Made by a program: the position numbers and the translations under genes
In this document: one piece after another, positions 37,474 to 46,679 of the stretch
Layout: every line of letters starts with the position of its first letter
How positions within the stretch are numbered: position 1 is the first letter of the stretch
Notes under the pieces: model-generated
Told to the model about the DNA's origin: nothing
Database searches by the model: none
What the model saw: only the letters and a program-made list of their open reading frames with translations
Sequence record: SRR31156797_661
Strand: one strand, 5' to 3'
DNA: 64,000 nt

Positions 37474-38484
37474 ATGGATAATAAAATTTTAAGTGTCCTC
37501 CCCGAATTGAAAGATCGCAAGGTTCTCATTATCGGGGACGTGATGCTTGATCATTATGTGATTGGTTCGGTTGAACGTATTTCTCCGGAAGCCCCGGTGC
37601 CAGTAGTGCAGGTTACCGAAGAAAAGTATTTGCTTGGTGGAGCCGGAAACGTGGCCCGCAATATATCCGCTCTTGGCGGGGAACCTCATCTTACCGGATT
37701 TGTAGGTCACGACGGAGAAGGGCAGGTCTTTGAAAGGCTTTGCTCCGAGTCTGGCATTCCGTATTCCTTGTATGAGGCTGATGATCGTCCGACTACCAAG
37801 AAGACTCGGGTTATGGCCCATAATCAACAGATGGTTCGTGTTGACCGGGAAAAGACTGTCGATTTTGCTGATTCTCTCATGGATCAGCTCTTTACATTTC
37901 TTGATAGGGAAATCTGTGATTACAAGGTGGTCATTCTTTCTGATTATGGAAAGGGACTCTTGTCCGATTCCTTTTTTGAGCGCTTTTGGAAACTTTTGGA
38001 AGAAAAGAATCATACTCCGCACATTCTGGTCGATCCCAAGACCGTCAATTACGATCGCTACAAGTCGGTCAGTATGCTCACTCCCAACTCCAAAGAGGCG
38101 GGAGAGGGTGCTAATATGCAGGTCAAAACCCGGGAAGATGTACTGGAAGCTGGGCGCAGGCTCTTTGATCGTATTGATCCAACTCACCTGTTGATCACCC
38201 TTGGCGGTGACGGTATGGCCCTCTTTGAATCAAGGGATGTGGTTAAACATGTGCCCACATTTGCCCGTAAGGTTTTTGACGTGACTGGTGCCGGTGATAC
38301 GGTGATTGCAACTCTTGGACTCGGGCTTGCTGCCGGACTTGATCCGCTGACTTCAGCGGTGTTGGCGAACTATGCTGCCGGGATTGTTGTTAGCCAGGTT
38401 GGTGCTGCTACTGCTTCTGTTGATGAACTGGCAGAGGCTGTGCGCAACTGGCCCAAGCCGGAAGTCAATGTCTGGAACGAGTAA
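37474..38484 (+). CDS. rfaE1: D-glycero-D-manno-heptose-7-phosphate kinase (HldE domain I)
   Basis: GDVMLD, RISPEAPVPV, GGAGNVA, DVTGAGDT. Confidence 0.93.
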   Translation: MDNKILSVLPELKDRKVLIIGDVMLDHYVIGSVERISPEAPVPVVQVTEEKYLLGGAGNVARNISALGGEPHLTGFVGHDGEGQVFERLCSESGIPYSLYEADDRPTTKKTRVMAHNQQMVRVDREKTVDFADSLMDQLFTFLDREICDYKVVILSDYGKGLLSDSFFERFWKLLEEKNHTPHILVDPKTVNYDRYKSVSMLTPNSKEAGEGANMQVKTREDVLEAGRRLFDRIDPTHLLITLGGDGMALFESRDVVKHVPTFARKVFDVTGAGDTVIATLGLGLAAGLDPLTSAVLANYAAGIVVSQVGAATASVDELAEAVRNWPKPEVNVWNE

Positions 38485-38554
38485 CATTTGTATAATTTCA
38501 AAATATATTAAAATAGTGTATACTACGCAGTCTGGTTAAATATTTGTAGCGCAA

Positions 38555-39832
38555 TTGATCCGGGGGGAAGTCTTGAACACACAGGTTAATAGGCTAAAGA
38601 AGTTAATTCAGGCCAATGAGGTGTTGGCCAGTATTGAGTCGTTGGTCGATCTACTGCCTCAGTTGCTTAGGTTGGCTCAGGATGTGACCGGTGCTGAGGC
38701 TTCCTCAATCATGCTTTACAATGAAAAAAAGAATGTTCTTGAATTTGCTTGGGCCATGAACGATGTGCTTGGTGATAAAGCCATGAAAAACCTGAAAACC
38801 GGATTTGAACTGCCCATGGGACAGGGCATTGCTGGCTGGGTCGCTGATCACCGGGAAGCTCTGAATGTGTTTGATGCCCAGAATGATAATCGTTTTTCCA
38901 AAGTAGCAGATAAAAAGACCGGGTTTGTGACTAAGTGTATTCTTTGCACCCCTATTATCCATCAGGGTAAGCTGCTGGGGGTTGTTCAGGTTCTTAATTC
39001 TATAGAAAAGGAATGTTTCGGCAAAGAAGACGAAGAGCTTCTTGAGAGCTTCGGTCACTTGGCCGGGGTGGCCCTTGTCCGCTCCGAACTTATGCTGCAG
39101 CGGCTGAATCAGCAAAAGTTCGAAACACAGCTTGAAGCAGCAGCTCGTATTCAGAAACAATTTAATCCCCCCCAGCCAGAATTGAATGGTGAAAACCTTA
39201 TCTGGGGCAGCTCTTTGCCGGCCCAATTTGTTGGTGGGGATTTGTACGATTTTATACCCAATTCTGACGGAAGCTGGTATATTTATGTGGCTGATGTTTC
39301 CGGGAAGGGCTTGCCTGCAGCCTTGATTATGTCTGCCTTGTGGACGAGAATCAGGGCAGAAGCATTGGTTGAAAGGACTCCCGGTGAAATGCTTAAGGCC
39401 GTTAATGCCGGTGCTTATGAATTCATGAATGGTGAAGTTTTCGCTACCATGGTTCTCTTGCGTTACTTTCCGGAAAGTGGAAAGTGCGAATTTGCTTTGG
39501 CTGGACATCCTTCTCCTCTGCTGGTGGCTGATGGTAAGGCGGAATCTCTTGAAAGACCTTTTGGCTTGCCGGTGGGCATTCTAGATGAAGGTGATTTCGG
39601 GACCAGCGAATTTGTACTCGAAAAAGGAGAGTCCCTGATCATCGTTACTGACGGTGTTGATGAAGCCCGGGCCGGGGATGGTGAATTCTTCGGCGAAGCG
39701 CGTATGGAAGAAATACTTAGACAGGGCGGAGCACCCAAGGCCGGGGAAAAACTTCTTAAGGCTGTTGCTGATTGGAGAGGGGAGACTCCCCCAAATGATG
39801 ATACTACCGTGGTTGAAATTTATAGGGCTTAA
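38555..39832 (+). CDS. GAF domain + PP2C/SpoIIE phosphatase (RsbU-like)
   Basis: GAF (GQGIAGWV...D.RF...D..TG); GGDLYD, ADVSGKG, TDG, DD motifs. Confidence 0.92.
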   Translation: MIRGEVLNTQVNRLKKLIQANEVLASIESLVDLLPQLLRLAQDVTGAEASSIMLYNEKKNVLEFAWAMNDVLGDKAMKNLKTGFELPMGQGIAGWVADHREALNVFDAQNDNRFSKVADKKTGFVTKCILCTPIIHQGKLLGVVQVLNSIEKECFGKEDEELLESFGHLAGVALVRSELMLQRLNQQKFETQLEAAARIQKQFNPPQPELNGENLIWGSSLPAQFVGGDLYDFIPNSDGSWYIYVADVSGKGLPAALIMSALWTRIRAEALVERTPGEMLKAVNAGAYEFMNGEVFATMVLLRYFPESGKCEFALAGHPSPLLVADGKAESLERPFGLPVGILDEGDFGTSEFVLEKGESLIIVTDGVDEARAGDGEFFGEARMEEILRQGGAPKAGEKLLKAVADWRGETPPNDDTTVVEIYRA

Positions 39833-39864
39833 TGCTTTCTGACAGGAGCAGTAAGGAGTTTAAT

Positions 39865-40173
39865 ATGGGTGCTGGCTGGAAAATGGAATCTTCAGTGGAA
39901 GAAGTCTTGATCAAAATCAGCGGTGAAGTTGATTTTACCGGGACCCCTGATCTCCGAGCTAAAATGCATGATTTTGTTAAGCTGACTTCCGGTGAGGTTC
40001 GAGTAGATCTTTCCGAGCTAGAATATCTGGACAGTTCCGGTTTAGCTTCATTGATCGAGCTGCGCAGGATGCTGAACAAGGAAAGTCGGACAGTGAAGAT
40101 TATTGCTGTTACGGATCAGGTGGACAGGCTTCTAAATCTTACGCAGGTAAAGTCTCTATTCGGGATGGACTAA
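39865..40173 (+). CDS. STAS domain protein (anti-sigma antagonist or MlaB-like)
   Basis: DLSELEYLDSSGL motif; AAGGAG RBS. Confidence 0.9.
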   Translation: MGAGWKMESSVEEVLIKISGEVDFTGTPDLRAKMHDFVKLTSGEVRVDLSELEYLDSSGLASLIELRRMLNKESRTVKIIAVTDQVDRLLNLTQVKSLFGMD

Positions 40174-40212
40174 TTAAGTCGTTCCGGCATAGCAGGAAGG
40201 GAGTTCTTCGGG

Positions 40213-40962
40213 ATGAATGGATTGCAGGTTCTTGCTTGGATGGTTTCCAGACTCCTTGGCTGCCTGCGTCTTACGCCCGGAAACAAAAAATCATTTTACC
40301 GTAAAAGACTTTTCCGTGATCTTGCCTCAGTCGGGGCCGATTCCATTCCCATCGTCAGTGTCATCTCCGCCTGTACAGGCATTATTCTCGCTTTACAGTC
40401 CGCCCAGCAACTAGAGAAGGTAGGGGCCATCAGCTATGTGGCCAACCTTGTAGGCGTTACTATCATTCGTGAGCTGGGTCCCCTGCTTACCGCTATCATT
40501 GTCACCGGCCGGTCCGGGGCCGCTTTTACCGCTGAAATTGCTACCATGCAGATTTCCGAAGAGATTGATGCCCTTGAGGTCATGGGCATTGAACCTGTCC
40601 GTTTTCTTGTTGTTCCCAAAATGATTGCCATGCTGATCATGGTTCCCTGTCTGACTGTCTGGGCCGATTTTGTGGGTATTTTTTCCGGCGGGGCTTTTTC
40701 TGCTGTTGCCCTTGGGATCAACAAGGTCACCTATTTCAATAATTCCGTTGAGTTTCTCAAACTACATGACGTTTTGGCTGGATTGGTCAAGGCCGGGGGG
40801 TTCGCCGTGGCCATAACCATTATCGGTTGCTGGCAGGGGTTTCTTGCGCGTGAGGGGGCTGCTGATGTTGGTCGCAAGACAACCAATTCTGTCGTTATCT
40901 CCATCTTTGTGATAATCTTGCTGGACCTGTTCTTTACAGCACTTAACTTTCTTTTCCGGTAG
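40213..40962 (+). CDS. mlaE: MlaE family ABC permease
   Basis: RELGP, GRSGAAFTAEIATM, EEIDALEVMG, VGRKTT. Confidence 0.9.
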   Translation: MNGLQVLAWMVSRLLGCLRLTPGNKKSFYRKRLFRDLASVGADSIPIVSVISACTGIILALQSAQQLEKVGAISYVANLVGVTIIRELGPLLTAIIVTGRSGAAFTAEIATMQISEEIDALEVMGIEPVRFLVVPKMIAMLIMVPCLTVWADFVGIFSGGAFSAVALGINKVTYFNNSVEFLKLHDVLAGLVKAGGFAVAITIIGCWQGFLAREGAADVGRKTTNSVVISIFVIILLDLFFTALNFLFR

Positions 40963-40968
40963 CAGATC

Positions 40969-41772
40969 ATGAAATTATCAAGGGTTGCACAGGACATAAA
41001 ACTGAAGAAACTCAGCCTAGGTTATCCGGGCAAGGTGCTTATGGAGGACCTTAATGCTGTGTTGCCTGCCGGAAAGATCAGCGTGATTCTTGGCGGATCA
41101 GGCTGCGGGAAATCTACTCTGTTACGACATATTCTCGGCTTAAACACTCCGGTGTCCGGAGAAATATTTTTGGGTGATACGAATCTGACCGCTCTGAAAG
41201 ACGAGCTGGAATATAAGCAGATACGCACCCGTATGGGCGTTCTTTTTCAGGATGGGGCCATGCTCGGCTCCTTAACCCTTGGTGAAAATGTTGCCCTGCC
41301 CATGCAGGAGCATACTGCGTTGCCGGATTCCATTATTGAGGAAGTTGTGCAGATGAAATTGCGCATGGTCGGCTTGGGTGATTTTATGCATTACTTTCCC
41401 AGCCAGCTTTCCGGGGGCATGCGTAAAAGGGCGGGGCTTGCAAGGGCCATGGTTATGGACCCCACCACATTGCTCTGTGACGAGCCGTCTTCCGGGCTTG
41501 ATCCTATCACTGCCGCCGATCTCGATCAGTTGATCCTCAAGCTTAAAGAAACTTTTCATGTTACCACCGTGGTAGTGACCCATGATTTGGATAGCCTGTT
41601 CAACATTGCCGATCACGTGGTGGTTCTGCATAAAGGACGTTGCCTGTACCAAGGGGATGTTAAAGGACTGCAGCAGTCTGATGACAAATATATAATCGAC
41701 TTTCTGGAACGTAGACCCACGGAACTTGATCCCAATATGGAAAGGGCAGTTAAGTTCCGCAGCAGGTCCTGA
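40969..41772 (+). CDS. mlaF: MlaF family ABC ATPase
   Basis: GGSGCGKS, LSGGMRKR, DEPSSGLDP, THD. Confidence 0.88.
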   Translation: MKLSRVAQDIKLKKLSLGYPGKVLMEDLNAVLPAGKISVILGGSGCGKSTLLRHILGLNTPVSGEIFLGDTNLTALKDELEYKQIRTRMGVLFQDGAMLGSLTLGENVALPMQEHTALPDSIIEEVVQMKLRMVGLGDFMHYFPSQLSGGMRKRAGLARAMVMDPTTLLCDEPSSGLDPITAADLDQLILKLKETFHVTTVVVTHDLDSLFNIADHVVVLHKGRCLYQGDVKGLQQSDDKYIIDFLERRPTELDPNMERAVKFRSRS

Positions 41773-41787
41773 TTAGGGAGATATGTG

Positions 41788-42753
41788 ATGGTTCTGAATC
41801 CACGCAGCTCGGCTGCCGACATGATTAAAGCTGCTTTGGCTGCTCTTGCCGGACTTTCCGTCCTCGGTTTGTTTATTGTCTTTTTGGGCGGACATGATTT
41901 TTTCTCCGACTATTCTCAATACAAGATCCTTTTCCGTAATGTGAAGGATCTGACTTCAGGGCGACCGGTTAAATATGCTGGGTTAAGCGTGGGTAAAGTG
42001 GACTCCATCAACGTTGATGCCGATAACCCCGGACGTATATCAGTGATTATTAATGTGGACCGTGATTTTCCTCTCTACAGAGGGACAACGGCCATGGTCA
42101 CTCAGAAGGGGTTGGTGGGGGATAACTATATCCTTTTGGAACTGCGCGGAGATGCCGGACAAAAATTGTCTGAAGGAGATACAATTCCTTCAGCAGTAAA
42201 GATGAGCATGAATGAAGTGGCTGCTCAGATGGGGCGTTCGGTTGCCGCTCTTACTCCACAGCTGGAAAGGGCTGTAAATGCCTTTGAGTTGCTTTTTTCT
42301 CCTGAAAACATGTCCAACATAGGGAAAAGTTTGAAAATGGCACCTGAGGTGCTTGCTGAAACTAATGCGACATTGGTTACTTTCAGGAATGAGTGGAAGA
42401 AGCTGGCCCGTTCCGGTGCCGGTGCCATGAATAACGGTTCCAAAAATATCACAGTGCTGACCAATGAGCTTATCGATACCCTGCAGAAAGTTGAAACAGC
42501 AATTGCAACTCTACAGGGGGATATGAGTGTCACTCTTGGCGGTGTCGGTAATGATGTAACGCGCGCGGTGGACGGCATCGAGGGGTTGACCGCAGATCTG
42601 CGGCGAAATGTTGAGTACGATCAGGAAGAGCTGGAAATAATACTTATGAACATCAACCGTCTTTCCCGGGAAATGAACAGGTTGGCCCGGTCACTGCGCG
42701 AACGTCCGTGGCAGGTTCTTAATCCTCCGCAGGGAGCTGAAAATGAACAGTAG
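41788..42753 (+). CDS. MCE/MlaD family protein with helical extension
   Basis: TM then PVKYAGLSVGKV...GLVGDNYI MCE motif; long coiled coil ending ERPW. Confidence 0.88.
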   Translation: MVLNPRSSAADMIKAALAALAGLSVLGLFIVFLGGHDFFSDYSQYKILFRNVKDLTSGRPVKYAGLSVGKVDSINVDADNPGRISVIINVDRDFPLYRGTTAMVTQKGLVGDNYILLELRGDAGQKLSEGDTIPSAVKMSMNEVAAQMGRSVAALTPQLERAVNAFELLFSPENMSNIGKSLKMAPEVLAETNATLVTFRNEWKKLARSGAGAMNNGSKNITVLTNELIDTLQKVETAIATLQGDMSVTLGGVGNDVTRAVDGIEGLTADLRRNVEYDQEELEIILMNINRLSREMNRLARSLRERPWQVLNPPQGAENEQ

Positions 42754-43369
42754 ATTATATTTCATCGCAATTTTGATTCTTGCACTGTCCTGCGCCGGGT
42801 GTATCGGCGGAAAATCTGTGGGTTCATCCTATCTGCGGGTGGACGGTTACAGTTCTGTCGGCGAATGTGAAAGGGTGAACCCTGATATGCCCCGTTTGGC
42901 CCTGAAAAGATTCAGCAGTCTGCCCGCGCTGGACCGCGAGACTGTTATCGTTGCTAAGGGGCAGGTTATGAAGCCTGATTATCGCTGGAGCTGGGAAGGA
43001 ACTCCGGCGGAGATTTTCGATCTTGTGGCCGGACCATCCCTGAATTGTATGAACAGCTACGAGGTAATAAGTCCGTATCGGCCGGGAATTGAAAAGGATC
43101 TGGTTCTCTCTGGGGTAATTACCTCATTTGAGATTCAGCGCAGGGGGGGGGATGCATTTAAGGTCGCTGTGCGTTATTCACTTTGGGACGAAAACGGTAA
43201 GAAATTATTGGCCCGAAAGTTGATTGAAGCTGAAGCTCCGATCAGTTCCATGCGCGGTGAAGCGATTGCTCAGGCAGCGCAGGAAGCAGTTGATGGACTC
43301 ATGAAGAACACTATTGCCTGGATAGATGGATTGGGAGGGGAGATGCTCTCCCGGAATGCGGGGCGTTAA
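42743..43369 (+). CDS. PqiC-like ABC auxiliary lipoprotein
   Basis: Lipobox CAGC, W..TP motif, position after the MCE gene. Confidence 0.7.
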   Translation: MNSRLYFIAILILALSCAGCIGGKSVGSSYLRVDGYSSVGECERVNPDMPRLALKRFSSLPALDRETVIVAKGQVMKPDYRWSWEGTPAEIFDLVAGPSLNCMNSYEVISPYRPGIEKDLVLSGVITSFEIQRRGGDAFKVAVRYSLWDENGKKLLARKLIEAEAPISSMRGEAIAQAAQEAVDGLMKNTIAWIDGLGGEMLSRNAGR

Positions 43370-43767
43370 TGTATTTAATTGCGGCCATAGCCGAATCACG
43401 GATTAAGGAAGCGGAGCGCAAAGGTGAATTTGAGGATCTTCCTTGTAAGGGTAAACCCCTTGATCTGGAAGATGACTCCATGATTCCCCCTGAGTTGCGT
43501 ATGGCATACAAAGCCTTGAAGAATGGCGGGTACCTTCCTCCTGAGATGCAGCTCAGAAAAGATATTCATTCTGCTCTTGATTTGCTTGAATATATGGAAG
43601 ATGAAAAGGAACGCTATACCCAGATGCAGAAGGTGAATCTGCTTTTCGAGCGCATTAAAAATATGCGTGGAAAAGAAATAGCTATTGACGAGGAAGACGA
43701 ATATTACAAAAGCATAGTTGAGCGCATTACATTACAGAGCAGGATAACCAAGGAAAACGAGGGATGA
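43369..43767 (+). CDS. DUF1992 family protein
   Basis: IAESRI.EA...GEF.DLP.KGKPL...LKN.G.LPPE. Confidence 0.8.
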   Translation: MYLIAAIAESRIKEAERKGEFEDLPCKGKPLDLEDDSMIPPELRMAYKALKNGGYLPPEMQLRKDIHSALDLLEYMEDEKERYTQMQKVNLLFERIKNMRGKEIAIDEEDEYYKSIVERITLQSRITKENEG

Positions 43768-45137
43768 TTTCTAAAAAATTCAAGGTCGGCCTTACCGGTC
43801 TGGCTTTATTGTTTGTTACAGCCGGAATGCCCATGCAGGGAAATGCGGCGTCCAAAGAAAGGGTTGGGCAGTCTTATATTGAGGTTCCTTCCCAGCTGCG
43901 GAAGGGGACCACAAAATCCCTGAAAAGTTATGTCTCCCAATTATTAAGTAAAAGATATGTCAGCGCGAATAAACTGTATGAGCCGCCTTTTGAAGGCATT
44001 GAAGATAAGATTTATATTTCCGTAAAAAGAGAAAAGGCCCTACCTATTATTGCCGGGGGTGTTTCTTCCTACGCCGGTAACGAAGAAGGTTTGGCTGCAG
44101 CTCTTTATGACGGTACAATTCGGATATGGAGCAAGCACAAATGCCGCAAAGTTCGCCTTCCCGGCGGTGGTGGAGCCTTACAGACCGGGTACGGTCCCGG
44201 CAGCCCGACTCTTGCGGCCACCGGAAGTGACGGTGATCAGATTTATGTATTCAATCTTGATGAGTGCTCAAGGATACCGGGGGAGATTCCGGTGAAGCAC
44301 GGCCCTGTCAGGATGATGGCCCTTTCCCGGACCGGAGAATGGCTCGCTGCCATCGACAGTTTCAATGCTCTGCTTTGCGGACCTGTTTCCGGCCCGCTTC
44401 AGGAAATTTCTATCCTCGAAGGAACTCTTCTCTATCTTGGATACACACCGGGGCAGGGTGTTCTGGTGGCAGTGGAAGCCTCAGGCAGAATCCTCAAGCA
44501 GGGTATGAAGACTCAGACCCGCATGGATTCCGACGAAGTCCCCGGCGGTCCTTTTGTAGACGCTCGAATGGCCGGATATGTGGTCTGTCTGACCCGAGAT
44601 AACGGCAGTGAAGTCTATTGGGACCTCAGTAAAAGGGCGACAGTCAAAAAGAGCGAAGCCCTGAAGCAGGAGCCGGCTTGGGTTTATAAAAGAAATGGCG
44701 GATTGGTCTATTCTACAGGGGTGGACCGCTGGAAAATTACCGAACATTTGGGCATGCCCATGTTCATTGTATCCTATTCCGCTACAGAAAAGTTACTCAG
44801 GGTTCGTGACCTCGATCGTGAAACCCGTTACTATAGTGTTTTGGATGGCAAGGAAATTGCCGGATCTGATGCAGAAGACTGGAAATTGCTTTCACCAAGT
44901 AAAGGTGTATACAAAGCTGGTAAGAAGCCTTTTCGTCTCTACGACGCTGTCTGCCAGAGAGGCACAATGCGTTTGTACGGCAGACATATCGAGGATAAGG
45001 GGTTTTATCTTTGGTGGGAAAATGTTGGGGCTCCGGCCAATCTGAATCCCCACCCCATGGAATTGCCCGTACGCGAATCCATGCTGGCCGATAAGCCGGC
45101 CATGTGGGTGCCCCTAGTCGAAGGTGAAGTAAGATAA
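43764..45137 (+). CDS. Exported hypothetical protein, probable WD40/YVTN-like beta-propeller
   Basis: Signal peptide; DGTIRIW and DQIYVFNL-type repeats. Confidence 0.6.
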   Translation: MISKKFKVGLTGLALLFVTAGMPMQGNAASKERVGQSYIEVPSQLRKGTTKSLKSYVSQLLSKRYVSANKLYEPPFEGIEDKIYISVKREKALPIIAGGVSSYAGNEEGLAAALYDGTIRIWSKHKCRKVRLPGGGGALQTGYGPGSPTLAATGSDGDQIYVFNLDECSRIPGEIPVKHGPVRMMALSRTGEWLAAIDSFNALLCGPVSGPLQEISILEGTLLYLGYTPGQGVLVAVEASGRILKQGMKTQTRMDSDEVPGGPFVDARMAGYVVCLTRDNGSEVYWDLSKRATVKKSEALKQEPAWVYKRNGGLVYSTGVDRWKITEHLGMPMFIVSYSATEKLLRVRDLDRETRYYSVLDGKEIAGSDAEDWKLLSPSKGVYKAGKKPFRLYDAVCQRGTMRLYGRHIEDKGFYLWWENVGAPANLNPHPMELPVRESMLADKPAMWVPLVEGEVR

Positions 45138-45182
45138 CTGCTATTCACGACTGGCGGAACGTTGTTCCGCAGGAGGTTTGAA

Positions 45183-46520
45183 ATGGTTAAAAAAGCTGAC
45201 AAAGCAGAGCAGATAAATACCGATATTCCGGTGCTGGGCAAGGCTAAGATTCCTTCTCCTCTGAAACGATGTGTTTTCATTGAAGATAAGGAAAGGACTC
45301 TGGTTAACCTTGCAGAAGAGGAAATGGATTCATCTTCCAGCAATGACGTTTATCAGGAATTCGAAAAAGCCGGGCCTCGGGCTTTTACCTATTTTGATCC
45401 TTCAAAGACCAAATGCGCGGTAGTGACCTGCGGGGGACTTTGTCCCGGCTTGAATGATGTTATTCGCTCCATCGTACTTGAGGCCCATTACCTTTACAAA
45501 GTTCCTTCCGTGCTGGGCATTAAGTTCGGTTTGCAGGGATTTATCCCCAAGTACGGCCATGATGTTGTTGAGCTTACTGCTGACACAGTGGCAAACATCC
45601 ACCAGTTTGGCGGCACTATTCTCGGCTCTTCTCGTGGGCCGCAGGACCCGGAAGAGGTTGTCGATGCCCTTGAGCGTATGAATATTTCAGTGCTGTTTAT
45701 GATCGGCGGGGACGGCACCATGCGTGCGGCCCAGAAAATTGTGAAAGAAATTGAGAATAGGCGGATCAGAATTTCCATCATTGGTGTCCCCAAAACCATT
45801 GATAATGACATTAGTTTTGTTACTAAGTCCTTTGGTTTTGATACCGCAGTTGATAAGGCCACCGAGGCTATTCAGTCCGCACATGTTGAATCCGTGGGCG
45901 TGGTCAACGGCATCGGTCTGGTAAAGCTTATGGGGCGCGAGTCCGGTTTTATTGCCGCGCAGGCAACTCTGGCGCTCAAGGATGTTAACTTCGTACTCGT
46001 ACCTGAACATCCCTTTGAATTCGATGGAGAGTATGGCTTGCTGCGTTCTCTTGAAAAACGTCTGGATGAGCGTCAGCATGCGGTTATTGTTTGCGCAGAG
46101 GGGGCTGGGCAGGAACAATGCGAATATACCGGAGAAAAGGATGCTTCCGGTAACCCTGTGCTTTGCGATGTCTGCACCCTGATCATCCGCCGCATCAAGG
46201 ATTACTTCAAGGATGTGGGTAAGGATATCACTTTAAAATTTATCGATCCCAGTTATATTATCCGTTCAGTCCCGGCTAATGCCAACGATTGCGTATATTG
46301 CGGTTTCTTAGGCCAGCACGCTGTGCACGCGGCCATGGCCGGAAAAACCGGAATGGTAGTCAGTCGCTTGCAGGCCCGCTACGTGCACCTGCCGCTTGAT
46401 GTAGTCACTCTCAAGCGCAAGAAGCTGAACATTAAGTCCGACTATTGGCGCGCAGTTCTCGAATCTACAGGTCAGGGCCATCTGCGCAATGACATGGAGA
46501 AGGATATATGTGAAGTATAG
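45183..46520 (+). CDS. pfkA: 6-phosphofructokinase (likely ATP-dependent)
   Basis: GGLCPG, GSSRG, GGDGT, PKTIDND, MGR. Confidence 0.92.
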   Translation: MVKKADKAEQINTDIPVLGKAKIPSPLKRCVFIEDKERTLVNLAEEEMDSSSSNDVYQEFEKAGPRAFTYFDPSKTKCAVVTCGGLCPGLNDVIRSIVLEAHYLYKVPSVLGIKFGLQGFIPKYGHDVVELTADTVANIHQFGGTILGSSRGPQDPEEVVDALERMNISVLFMIGGDGTMRAAQKIVKEIENRRIRISIIGVPKTIDNDISFVTKSFGFDTAVDKATEAIQSAHVESVGVVNGIGLVKLMGRESGFIAAQATLALKDVNFVLVPEHPFEFDGEYGLLRSLEKRLDERQHAVIVCAEGAGQEQCEYTGEKDASGNPVLCDVCTLIIRRIKDYFKDVGKDITLKFIDPSYIIRSVPANANDCVYCGFLGQHAVHAAMAGKTGMVVSRLQARYVHLPLDVVTLKRKKLNIKSDYWRAVLESTGQGHLRNDMEKDICEV

Positions 46521-46540
46521 TTCACTTTTTGGATTGTATT

Positions 46541-46579
46541 AAAATCGCCCTGTCGAGTTGCTCGGCAGGGCGATTTTTT
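46541..46579 (+). terminator. Intrinsic terminator after pfkA
   Basis: aaaatcgccctgtcgag...ctcggcagggcgatttttt. Confidence 0.85.
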
Positions 46580-46615
46580 CAGTATTTAGGTGTAGGCGTT
46601 TTTCTTTAATATAGC

Positions 46616-46657
46616 AAAAAAGTCCCCGGTTCAGCATTGCTGAACCGGGGACTTTTT
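46616..46657 (-). terminator. Intrinsic terminator after the HD gene (bidirectional)
   Basis: aaaaaagtccccggttcagca-t-tgctgaaccggggacttttt. Confidence 0.85.
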
Positions 46658-46679
46658 GATGTGCCGAGAGATTAATTAG

